Source: Candidatus Bathyarchaeota archaeon (GTDB lineage Archaea > Thermoproteota > Bathyarchaeia > Bathyarchaeales > Bathycorpusculaceae). Taken from it: a stretch of 64,000 nt of DNA. The translations under genes and the position numbers were made by a program. The stretch covers positions 1,728,001 to 1,792,000 of the forward strand of contig OY969706.1 in the NCBI GenBank assembly GCA_963702095.1, written 5' to 3'. The notes beneath the pieces were generated by a model, which searched no databases, had not been told where the DNA came from, and saw nothing but the letters and a program-made list of their open reading frames with translations. Below are positions 30,096 to 40,308 of the stretch, in pieces; position 1 is the first letter of the stretch, and each line of letters starts with the position of its first letter.

Positions 30096-31231
30096 ATGGG
30101 AAATGTCCGTAAGACTTTTGTTTATTTTCTCGCGATTTTCTTCTTGACTTCTCAATTTATAATACCCACCGTATTCGCGAAAGGGCAAACCATTGAAGGT
30201 GCTATCGTTATTAATGCCGATGGCTCAATAAGTCCCAACAATAATTCTATTCCCATCGAGAAGGTTAACAATACTTACTTATTTACGGGTGATATTTATG
30301 GCTCAATAGGCGTAGAATGCAATAATGTAGTGATTGATGGGAATGGATTTAGTATTAATCTTGAAACATCTACTTTAACAGATCAATTGAACTGGAGGTG
30401 GAATGGGTCAATTGGCTTGCATTTATGTCATGTCAATAATGTAACAATTACTAATTTAGTTATAAAAAATTTTCATGATGTCCCTTATGATGGTCTTGGG
30501 TTTGAAGGATATGGTATCTTTCTTGATAGCTCTACAAACGTAAGTATTTACGATAATACCATAACTGGTAATGACATAGGTGTTAAGATTAGGGGATCAA
30601 ACAACAACAATATTTACTGCAATTGTATTTCCAACAATTCGGGGATTAAAGGCGCGGGAATTTGGATAGGGGATTCGAGCAATTCCAATAGTGTTTTCAA
30701 TAATAGTTTATCTTCGAATGAAAATGGCGTTTTCATCATTAATTCAAACAATAACATCGTTTACTTTGATGACATAAGAAGCAATACACAAGTTGGTATT
30801 TGGGCCAATTCTGATGCAGAGCACAACATTTTTTACCTCAATAATTTTATGGGAAATTTGAAAAGTGCGCTAGTTTTAGGAACTACCGCTAATTCTTGGG
30901 ATAACGGTACGTTTGGCAATTACTGGAGTGATTATCAAATAAAATACCCTAAGGCCTGTCAAGCGACGGAAATGGAATAGCAGACATTCCTTATGAGATA
31001 GCGCTTGATGACATGGAACGTTCTCATGCAATAGCAAACTATAATGTCGACCATTACCCTTTGGCACAATCGATTAATATTAGCACTTCACCAATCACTA
31101 TTCCTGAGTTTCCAATACTGGCAATTCCGTTATTGCTTTTAGTTTTGTTACTCACCGGTATTGCGTTTAAGCATCGAATTTACGAGAAAAATAAAAGCAA
31201 GAAGCATCGTGAAAACTTTGATGCGTTTTAA
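30096..31231 (+). CDS. NosD/CASH right-handed beta-helix surface protein with PEF-CTERM-like anchor, frameshift near 30960
   Basis: N-x-I-x-x-N repeats and WDNGTFGNYWSDY; the shifted frame continues DGNGIADIPYEI...DHYPL...IPEFP-TM-KHR. Confidence 0.85.
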
Positions 31232-31301
31232 TCGGAAGAAGAAAAAAGTGAATTTTTGAATGCCCTCGGAAAAGATTACTTCATAAAGAAAAAAGGGGGT
31301 G

Positions 31302-32562
31302 TTAATGTTTTCTTTTTTTAAGCGTAATCGTTAATCCTGCTAAAACTGCTGATGTTATGGTTATTCCTATGACGACTAGCGCAAGGTTTGCGTTTATTAC
31401 TTGAGGCTCTTGGTGCGGTAGTGATAGATTTGAAACTGCACTTGGTTGAATAGTTGTATTGGGCAGAATTTGTCCACTAGGTGTTTGACCAACGAAATTC
31501 CAGTAAGCAACTTGGCCGTTGTCTGCCCAGACGCCGATTTCAATGCCATCTGTGGAGTAGTATTCTTTGTCTGTTAGAAACTTTATATCATAAAGTGCAT
31601 AAGCTGTCATGTTGCCCCTTACCGAACCGATCAGAGTAACTAAAGGGTACTTCATGAATTGAATAGCAACATTTCCAACGCCTACTATCGATACAGAGGT
31701 TATATTCGTTGCTTGATTCCAAGCAGTATTTATTGCTTCATCTTTGTTGACCTTAAGTCTTGTATCGCCAACTTTGTAAAGGTTCGAGGTGTCTGAGAAA
31801 GCAGCCAAATCACCCGCTTTGTTAAACGAGATTATTAATCGATTGGGGTAATCAACACCGTTATAACTTGGTATAAAGAAAACATCTGTAGTCGGGTTGT
31901 TAATCTGAAGGTCTATTTTTAAGTTGTTTTTAGTGACTGAGAGTGAATTAGTGCCATTGTTATAGCTATTTACAGTATCTAACATTTCGTCCAATGAGGA
32001 GGTGCCAAGTGAATCCAGCATATGTTGAACGTTCGATGTGAGTAGATTATGAGCGTTTCTTAAGTTAAGGTATCTGGTTAGTACAAGGGCAGTTTTTTGG
32101 GACAGAGATGTCGGCATGGGTTGAACATAGTAGGGACTACTTGTATTGCCGGGCGAGTTCTTATAGTATGATAAATGGCAGTAAATGGAATCTCCTAATG
32201 AATTGTTCGCCTAAAATAACTGTGTTTCCGTCTTTTGAAGTTAGATTGTAATTGACGCACTCCGGAGATAATCCGTCATAGGCTTGTGCAAATTGTGGTG
32301 AAACCAAAAAGTCACTGGCCAGTGTTATGTTGTATTCTGAGGTATCGAATCCTAGTAAGCTTGTCATGGAATCGACGGCTTGAGCCCTTATTTTTAGTTG
32401 CGCTGCATCTGTTGAGTTCATCACTGAGGTAAAAGGCGGCGTTGAAGTTGCCGAACTGCTTTGTGTGATTGCTGAGCAGTTACCGACATACATAGAAACC
32501 AACAGCAATCCTATGACAAACATACATCCCAACGCAATAGATCGTTTTTTCGATAGTTCCAT
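31302..32562 (-). CDS. Secreted, C-terminally anchored hypothetical protein, frameshift near 32195
   Basis: Signal peptide in 32161..32562; the shifted frame GDSIYCHLSYYKNSPGNTSSPYYVQP runs into MPTS of 31302..32117; terminal TM and KKRKH. Confidence 0.75.
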
Positions 32563-32568
32563 GTTTTA

Positions 32569-33540
32569 TCACCAACGGGGTAAAACCAAGCTTCCATCAC
32601 CGTACACTCGCATCTGACCAGGTTGGGACCATGTCGATGTAGAGCTGTCCCAGCCGTCTGAGTAGCCATTGCAAAGCGAAAGCTGCGAGAAAGAAGAAGC
32701 GGCGCCTCCAGTAGAATAATAAGTTGCATAATCAAGACATGAGTTCACAGGATATCCGCAGCACAGATAAATGTAGAAGTAGTCAACGAACGTTTTGTAG
32801 GTAACATCTCCGCCCCAAGCTTCATATTCAAATCTTTGGCTGAGGTCCCGATCTCGCCCTTGAAAACTGATATAACAATAGCCCGAATAATCAGGGCTTG
32901 CATAGCCATTGGTGCTATAAGATTGTCCGCGTAGCCAAGCATATGCCATTCCGACCCAACCCGTACCATTTTGCCAGTCTGTATACCCATACAAATTAGC
33001 GTTTGCGGGGTCTGTAATTACATTTCCATATTGATCGTAACGCCAGAATAGATTAGCATCTGCGCAAGTGTAAATGAATGTAAAAATGCATTTCGACCAC
33101 CCTGGATAAATATTTAGAGCTTCGTGAATACCGTTAGAAGGCCCATCATAACCACAGTAATTATAGTGAACCGTTCCGCTTGTTGTTGAGGGATAATAAT
33201 TCCCTACGTGAAATGTCGCTACATAATCATAGCTAGGGTTCCCTTGAATATTCCCATAGTCGTTGTAAACATTTGTTCCACTAGTGCCAGGATATCCATA
33301 ACCGTTCATAGGTTGCCAACTCCAAAAATCATAGGTTGCAAAATAACTGTTTATGTCAGCACACGTTTGCTGTTCATAGCCTGCTTCCATATCACTTTGC
33401 CAATACCCCGAGCCCCAAATCATTGATGCACGAGTTGCGCTCGCAGAAGGAAAACATAGAGAAGCAAATGTAAAGCATAAGACACAAATCAATGCTATCA
33501 ACGCTTTTGTCGAATGTTTTATCTTTAGCAAAAGAATCAC
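32569..33540 (-). CDS. Secreted Tyr/Gly/Cys-rich hypothetical protein
   Basis: Signal peptide ending ASA; ATFHVG and FTFIYTC motifs; abuts the downstream gene. Confidence 0.72.
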   Translation of the reverse strand: MILLLKIKHSTKALIALICVLCFTFASLCFPSASATRASMIWGSGYWQSDMEAGYEQQTCADINSYFATYDFWSWQPMNGYGYPGTSGTNVYNDYGNIQGNPSYDYVATFHVGNYYPSTTSGTVHYNYCGYDGPSNGIHEALNIYPGWSKCIFTFIYTCADANLFWRYDQYGNVITDPANANLYGYTDWQNGTGWVGMAYAWLRGQSYSTNGYASPDYSGYCYISFQGRDRDLSQRFEYEAWGGDVTYKTFVDYFYIYLCCGYPVNSCLDYATYYSTGGAASSFSQLSLCNGYSDGWDSSTSTWSQPGQMRVYGDGSLVLPRW

Positions 33541-34196
33541 TTCTTTTTTCCTTTTATTTACTTGAAACCAGACGTAGAACCCTTAGCTGGGTTCAAAGTC
33601 TAGCCTCAGCAAGCCTAGTTAGATATTAATTGCCTATTAGTTTTTGTATGACTTCAAAAAGTGAATATATCATTTGTCTGAACACTTAACTGTAAATATT
33701 CAATTAGAAAAGGGCAATATTGTTACGCTTTGTTACCTAACCTGAATTTTATAAGGCATAACTTAAAAAAAGAATCTTTTTTTAGACAAAAATGCTAGAG
33801 ATAACTAAATTCCTGTTAAATGGCTAAAGTGAAAAAGAGAGTATCGGGAGAGAAGTAATTAAGTGAGAACGTTTTTGAGGATAACAGTGGGAAAACGGTT
33901 TTTTTGACAGATCTGCTTGTGGTTTACTCCACAACCCGTCTGCAATGTGCTTCAACCGCAGAACCGAGAAAGCACATCACAGCATAGCCCGCGGGTAGAT
34001 GATGAGTAAGGGCGGCGCTCTCTTCTTCTTAACACTAGAAAAACAATCCGCTGTTTATCGCCAAAACGTCTCTGTTGCCCTTCTTATCCATGCAAAACAG
34101 CATTATAATCTATAGAGTTAATTGGAATTTTGAGGTAATTTTGAACTTACTCTTAAATATATGTGCATAAATTTCTATTGTTAAAGGTTGTAGAGA

Positions 34197-34607
34197 ATGG
34201 TAGAGCAAAAACTACACGCAACTCTAATTACCGGTAGAACTATCGAACAGGGCGTTGCAAAGGAGCTGGGAAAAGGCTCCATAGAGTACTATGACAGCTG
34301 CGCCGTTTGCTTCTTCGACAAATCTGACATGGTGAAGCTGGGCATAAAAAAAGGTTCAACCATCCGAGTCACCTCGAAGTTCGGCTCAGTCATAGTTAAA
34401 GCCCAAAGATATCCCTGGGGAACAATGCAGGGGATGGTTTTTATTCCATGCGGTTCATGGGCAAACGCCATCACTGGCGACGACACCTACAGCATGGGTA
34501 TGCCTCTCTTCAAAGGGTTCCCTGTTGAAGTTGAGATTGCTCTAAACGAACCCGTCTTAACCTTAGATGAGCTCTTACTCAAAGAGTTTGGGAGGAACAG
34601 TCAATGA
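34197..34607 (+). CDS. fwdD: Formylmethanofuran dehydrogenase subunit D
   Basis: LITGRTIEQG, VFIPCGSWAN and GMPLFKG. Confidence 0.93.
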   Translation: MVEQKLHATLITGRTIEQGVAKELGKGSIEYYDSCAVCFFDKSDMVKLGIKKGSTIRVTSKFGSVIVKAQRYPWGTMQGMVFIPCGSWANAITGDDTYSMGMPLFKGFPVEVEIALNEPVLTLDELLLKEFGRNSQ

Positions 34608-36170
34608 GTAAAGTTGTGGAAAACGTAGTTTGTCCAATCTGCGGTTGCCTCTGCGACGACTTAGAAGTAACGGTGGAAAACAACGAAATCGTAAAGATGA
34701 AGAATGGCTGCTCAGTATGCGAAGCAAAGATGGTTCACGGCTACAAAAGCGAAGAACGCATCCTCAAACCACATATTCGCAAGGACGGCAAACTTGTACC
34801 TGTCTCCATGGATGAAGCAATCAAAAAAGCCGCCCAAATCTTAACAGACGCCAAATACCCGCTTCTCTTCGGTTGGAGCAGCACCGTCGGCGAAGCCCAA
34901 CGCATCGGCGTCGAGTTAGCTGAAGAACTCGGTTCAACACTGGACAACTGCTGCAGTGTCTGCCATGGTCCCTCAGTGATGGCGACACAGGAAATCGGCA
35001 TACCAGCCGCAACCTTAGGCCAAATCCGTCACCGCGCAGACCTAATCGTTTACTGGGCATGCAACCCATGGACTAGTCACCCACGCCACGTTGAACGCTA
35101 CACAGCATTCACTGACTGGCCGCTTCGAAGGAAGCGAATGGAAAGATTACATGCAGAAACTCAAAGCCGGCGCAAGCCGCAAAAAAATGGAAGTAGCTTC
35201 AAAACGCATCGCACGCGCCGAGCCACCCATCCATCCCGCCGTATGCTTCACAGGTCCCCCGCCTCAGACACTGCAAAAGCATGGGCGCAAAATGATTGTA
35301 GTTGATGTGCGCAAAACCATGACTGCGGAAGCCGCAGACTATTTCATGCAAATTGAACCCAACCGTGACTACGATGTAATCGAGGCGTTGCGGTGTTTAG
35401 TTCAGGACCAAGAAATCGACGTTGACAAAGTAGGCGGAGTTCCCGTTGACTACCTCCGTGACGTCGCTGACGCCATGATGAACTGTGAATTCGGCGTTAT
35501 CTTCTTCGGCTTAGGCATGACTCAGAGCCTGGGCAGATTCCGAAACATCGAAATCGCCATTGCACTCGCCCGTGACCTCAACAGAAAAACCAAGTTCATC
35601 ATTTCACCCATGAGAGGGCACTTTAATGTTACAGGCGCCAACATTGTTTTCGCTTGGCAAACCGGTTACCCCTATGCAATCGACTTCTCACAGGGTTACC
35701 CACAGTATAACCCCGGAGAAAACACCGTTATTGACCTGCTAAAACGCGGTGACAACGACGCAACCATGGTTATCTCCGCTGACCCCGGCGCTCACTTCCC
35801 CAAAGTCGCCATGCAAAACATGGTAAAGTACCCCTTAATCACCATCAACCCCGACTGGAACGCCATTTCAAGAATAGGCGACGTAGTGTTTCCGACGCAG
35901 TGGTGCGGCATTGAATATGCAGGCACCGCCTACCGCATGGATTCAGTTCCGATTACACTCAGAAAAGTTGTTAATGCACCCAAGGGCGTGTTTACTGACC
36001 AGGAACTTTTAACCCGCATTCTTGATGAAGTCCGCGCTATTAAAGTAAAAAGAGGCGACATGGTCGAACAAGCTGAGGTAAAACCCATTCACCAAGAAGT
36101 TAAAGTCAAGGCTGAGAAACCTTGTCCTGAACCAAAAAAAACAGTGAAAAAGAAGGTGGTTGCTAAATGA
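34604..36170 (+). CDS. fwdB: Formylmethanofuran dehydrogenase subunit B (frameshift near 35117)
   Basis: CPICGCLCDD, SVCHGP (Cys ligand), HPRH, PMRGHFNV and GTAYRMD; removing one base in ACTGACTGGCCGC joins the two ORFs. Confidence 0.93.
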
Positions 36171-37867
36171 CTGAAATACTCATAAAAAACGGTTTCGTAG
36201 TAGACCCCTTACACAAGATTAACTGTGAAAAGATGGATATAGCCATCAAAGACGGCAAAATCGTTAGGGATGTTAACGAGAAAACAGCCCAAGTCATCGA
36301 CGCATCAGGCATGACAGTTATGGCTGGCGGAGTAGACATTCACAGTCACATAGCCGGCGCAGAAGTTAACATGGGCAGAATGATTCGCCCCGAAGATCAC
36401 TACAAAGACGTCGTGGCAAAAACCGCTATTACCCGCGCAGGCACAGGCTACTCGATTCCCTCCACCTTCGTTACAGGCTACCGCTACTCAGAGATGGGTT
36501 ACACATCCGTCTTCAATGGTTCCATAGCGCCGCTGAAAGCCAAACACTGCCATGAAGAACTAAACGACATACCCCTCATGGATAAAGCAACTTACGTTTT
36601 AACAGGCGACTGGTGGTTTGTACTTGAAAACCTCGCCAAAGGCGACATAGACGAATGCGCTCGCCTAGTCGCTTGGCTACTGCAAGCCTCACGTGGATAC
36701 GCCATCAAAGTCGTGAACCCCGGCGGCTTAGAATCCTGGGGTTTCGGACACAACGTACACAGCATCGACGACCAAGTGCCCAACTTCTGCATCACACCCA
36801 GAGAAATCATGCGCGGCTTAGTCAAAGTTAACAAGAAACTCAACTTGCCCCACACCATCCACCTCCACACTAACAATCTCGGAGTCCCCGGCAACTACCA
36901 AACCACACTGGACACCATGAAGGCGCTGGAGGACCTCTCAACAGACGGCAAACCAGTTTGCCACATTACCCATGTTCAATTCGCAGCTTTCAAAGGCGAA
37001 AACTGGGGCAAATTCAAATCAGGCGCAGAAGAAATCGCCAACTACATGAACGCCCACACCCACATAACCTTAGACATGGGGCAAGTGACATTCAAAGACA
37101 CTACAACCATGACTGCCGATGGCCCCTTCGAGTTCAGCCTCTATGAACTGGGCGGCCACAACAAATGGGTTAACAGCGATATCGAAACCGAGAGCAGCGG
37201 CGGCATCATACCTTTCCACTACAAGAAAAACAGCCCCGTCAACGCGTTGCAGTGGTCTATTGGCTTAGAAATAGCGTTGCTAATTAAGGACCCATGGAAA
37301 ATCTTCATGACCACCGACCACCCCAACGGCGGACCCTTCTACGATTACCCCAAAGTACTTTCTTGGCTATACAGCAAAAAAGCACGTGAAGCCACCCTTG
37401 CGAAGTGCCACAAGAGCGCCAGGAGAAAGAGCTTGCTGCCTTCGATTGACCGCGAGTTGAGCCTCTACGAAATTGCTATCATGACCCGCGCAGGCACTGC
37501 TAAAGCGCTGGGGTTACCCAATAAGGGTCACCTCGGCGTTGGTGCAGATGCAGACGTAGCCATCTTCAACATTAACCCTGAAACCTTAGACATCACACAG
37601 AAGTTCCGAACTGCCCGCAAAGCCTTCGCAAATTCAGCTTACACCATCAAAGATGGCGTAATAGTTGTTAAAGACGGTCAAGTGGTTAACAGCCAAGTTC
37701 CGGGCAGAACCATATGGGTTGACTCGCAAACCAAGGATCCCTGCAGAATCGATGATGATATGAAACGCAAATTCCGAGAGTACTGGACCATCGAATACGA
37801 AAACTACGCAGTTACCGACCACTACGTAAAGGTTCCAGATAAACTAACCATAAAGGCAAGTGTGTAA
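36167..37867 (+). CDS. fwdA: Formylmethanofuran dehydrogenase subunit A
   Basis: GGVDIHSHIAG, KVVNPGG, HLHTNNLGVPGN and TTDHPNGG. Confidence 0.97.
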   Translation: MTEILIKNGFVVDPLHKINCEKMDIAIKDGKIVRDVNEKTAQVIDASGMTVMAGGVDIHSHIAGAEVNMGRMIRPEDHYKDVVAKTAITRAGTGYSIPSTFVTGYRYSEMGYTSVFNGSIAPLKAKHCHEELNDIPLMDKATYVLTGDWWFVLENLAKGDIDECARLVAWLLQASRGYAIKVVNPGGLESWGFGHNVHSIDDQVPNFCITPREIMRGLVKVNKKLNLPHTIHLHTNNLGVPGNYQTTLDTMKALEDLSTDGKPVCHITHVQFAAFKGENWGKFKSGAEEIANYMNAHTHITLDMGQVTFKDTTTMTADGPFEFSLYELGGHNKWVNSDIETESSGGIIPFHYKKNSPVNALQWSIGLEIALLIKDPWKIFMTTDHPNGGPFYDYPKVLSWLYSKKAREATLAKCHKSARRKSLLPSIDRELSLYEIAIMTRAGTAKALGLPNKGHLGVGADADVAIFNINPETLDITQKFRTARKAFANSAYTIKDGVIVVKDGQVVNSQVPGRTIWVDSQTKDPCRIDDDMKRKFREYWTIEYENYAVTDHYVKVPDKLTIKASV

Positions 37868-37869
37868 CC

Positions 37870-38679
37870 ATGATAACCCTCACACCTCTTAGAACCTTCG
37901 AAGTCCCCCTCCAAGCACCCTGCATCACACCCGACAACTTTGCAGGCAAAACAAAAGCTGAAATCGCAAAGCTCCCCCTAACCGAAGGCAACCGCAACCT
38001 TACAATCGGTGACCTCTTCAAAATTGAAGAATCCCCCGAAGCCACACCCAACATCACCTTAAACGGAGACTTTGGCAAAGTCAAACGTGTCGGCCAACGC
38101 ATGCAAACCGGCGAAATCGTATGCAACGGCAACATCGGCATGCATACAGGCGAAATGATGGCAGGCGGCAAAATCACGATTAACGGCAATGCAGGCGGCT
38201 GGACAGGCAGCGAAATGAAGAAAGGCACCATTGAAATCCACGGCAACGGCGGCGACTACCTTGCATCGCCCTCCAGAGGCAACGACGCCGGAATGAAAGG
38301 CGGCTTAATCACCGTTGACGGCAACGTAGGCACCGACGTAGGCTGCTACCTCAAAGGCGGCGTAATCAAAGTCAAAGGCTCAGCCGGCAAATTCCTCGGT
38401 TACCACATGAGCGACGGAGCCATCTACGTTGAGAAAGAGTGCGATGTCCGAGCAGGCGCATGTATGCATGGCGGAAAAATCATTGTCGGGGGCGCCTTGG
38501 AAATCTTGCCGTCATTCACGATAGACAACACTAAACCCAAAGTCAAAGTCGACGACACCCAAAGCGTGGCGGGACCCTTCTATGTGTTCCTAGGCGACCT
38601 TTCTGAGCACGGCACAGGCAAAATCTTTGCAAACAAAGCCGCAAACACTGCATTGAAATTCTACGAAAAATACCTCTAA
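37870..38679 (+). CDS. fwdC: Formylmethanofuran dehydrogenase subunit C
   Basis: G..M.GG.I.(I/V).G repeats and GDLSEHG. Confidence 0.95.
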   Translation: MITLTPLRTFEVPLQAPCITPDNFAGKTKAEIAKLPLTEGNRNLTIGDLFKIEESPEATPNITLNGDFGKVKRVGQRMQTGEIVCNGNIGMHTGEMMAGGKITINGNAGGWTGSEMKKGTIEIHGNGGDYLASPSRGNDAGMKGGLITVDGNVGTDVGCYLKGGVIKVKGSAGKFLGYHMSDGAIYVEKECDVRAGACMHGGKIIVGGALEILPSFTIDNTKPKVKVDDTQSVAGPFYVFLGDLSEHGTGKIFANKAANTALKFYEKYL

Positions 38680-38794
38680 TTGGGCACTTTTTACCCTCAT
38701 TACTTTCGTTTTTTTTGTTCGTAAAGCTATGCTTTTGTAGCCGAATGACTTATCAGCGCCATTTAATTTTTAGAAGCATGCGGATTGAATTGTT

Positions 38795-39580
38795 ATGCGC
38801 CAAGTTGACATGACAAGGCTTGACCTTTCAGCGGGTACAGCCACCAAAATGATGGATTGGGTCGCGGAGGAGGTTCCGCTTAAAATAACCGTTAACAGCG
38901 AATACACTTTTGTCATCTGGTGCTCGCCCATGCAGTTCAAAGAGTTAGCTGTGGGGCACCTCTACGCCGAAGGCATCCTGCACTCGGTGGATGAAATCGA
39001 CGGGGTAACTGCGGGCGAGGTAAAAAACTTCTGCTATGTGCAATTCAAACCTGAAATCGACATTGGCGAACGCATGGAGAACCGACGCCAAGGAGCCCGA
39101 ATCGTGCCTTTGCTCAAAGCCAGCACCGCAGCCTACCAAAAAGACGCTAAACTATCCGTTGTACAATCGGATTTTACTGTTAAAGCGCAGGTTATCTTAG
39201 ACGCCATCGCCCAGATGAACGAAAAAGCCTGTGGCTTCCGCGAAACAGGCGGGCTCCACGACAGCGGCATATTTAGAGCCGACGGCACCATGGTTGCCTT
39301 CTCCGAGGATGTGGGCAGACACAACACCGTAGACAAAGTCATCGGCGAAGCCCTGCTTAACCGCTTAAACTTTGGCGAATGCTTCATGGTCATAACGGGC
39401 AGGGTGCCAGGCGACATGATTTACAAGGCGGCGAAAGTTGGTTTGCCTGTTTTGGCTTCGGTGGCGGCGGTGCTAAACTCTGGTGTAGCTTCAGCCGAGA
39501 AAGCCCACGTCACTGTTGTGGGGTTTGTGCGGGGTAAACGTATGAACGTCTACACTTGTCCAGGGCGGATCCAGCTTTAA
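38795..39580 (+). CDS. fdhD: Formate dehydrogenase accessory sulfurtransferase FdhD
   Basis: AEEVPL, TGGLH, EDVGRHNTVDKVIG, TGR and GFVRG. Confidence 0.93.
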   Translation: MRQVDMTRLDLSAGTATKMMDWVAEEVPLKITVNSEYTFVIWCSPMQFKELAVGHLYAEGILHSVDEIDGVTAGEVKNFCYVQFKPEIDIGERMENRRQGARIVPLLKASTAAYQKDAKLSVVQSDFTVKAQVILDAIAQMNEKACGFRETGGLHDSGIFRADGTMVAFSEDVGRHNTVDKVIGEALLNRLNFGECFMVITGRVPGDMIYKAAKVGLPVLASVAAVLNSGVASAEKAHVTVVGFVRGKRMNVYTCPGRIQL

Positions 39581-40116
39581 TCTTTGATTTCTTTTTTTAG
39601 TATCCCAATCAGTTTGACGCCTTCCTCAGGCAACTTAACCAGCGGTATCCCATCAAAACTGGTTTCAGGTGTGCCCTTTGTGTACAAGCCTGTAATCGCC
39701 AGCACTGGTCCAGAAGTGCCCTGCAGGGTTCGCTCCAAATCTTCTTTCTCTTTGGCAGTAACGATTTTTATGATGTCTTGGCGTTTAGAAATCAAACCGT
39801 GGAAGCCCTCTATGAAAACTATGTCGAGCCGTTCGTTCCGAATAAGCCCCAGTATTCTGTCGAGGTCTTTTAGTTCCTGCTCAGTCTTTTTTATGATGTC
39901 GATTTCATGGGGAGAGACGCCGACGACGACTTTGGCGCCTGCCTGAGCATAACGCCAAGTGTTGGTCCCTTCCCTGTCGATGGAAAAGTTTTCGTGGTGA
40001 ATGTGCTTAACTGCGCCGACGCAGTAGCCTTCCCCTGAGAAATGGGAAATGAGGTATTCGAGGACGGTGGTTTTTCCCGAGCCACTGATTCCAACTGATG
40101 CGATGATTAAAACCGT
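39577..40116 (-). CDS. mobB: Molybdopterin-guanine dinucleotide biosynthesis protein B (apparent ACG start)
   Basis: One continuous frame VLIIASVGISGSGKTT...AVKHIHH...DREGTNT...DIVFIEGF into the 39577..39795 ORF; no ATG/GTG/TTG upstream of the P-loop; ACG at 40116 behind GGAGAG. Confidence 0.88.
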   Translation of the reverse strand, partial: TVLIIASVGISGSGKTTVLEYLISHFSGEGYCVGAVKHIHHENFSIDREGTNTWRYAQAGAKVVVGVSPHEIDIIKKTEQELKDLDRILGLIRNERLDIVFIEGFHGLISKRQDIIKIVTAKEKEDLERTLQGTSGPVLAITGLYTKGTPETSFDGIPLVKLPEEGVKLIGILKKEIKD

Positions 40117-40308
40117 TGTTTTTTCTCTCCGTTGGATGTGATGGACTTGGCTTGTAATAAATAATGTCTCTGCCTACCTATAGCATGCCGACTATTCAAC
40201 GGTGCTAATTCCTGTGGCTAACAATACAGGATTTTGTTTGCGCTGATGGCGAACTTGCGGGTTTTCATTGGGCAGAATAAAGAGGTTAATGCAGAGTCCA
40301 AAACGCGT

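Noticed and set aside
34950-34975. Selenocysteine in FwdB
   Set aside because: The ligand codon is TGC (SVCHGP), not TGA
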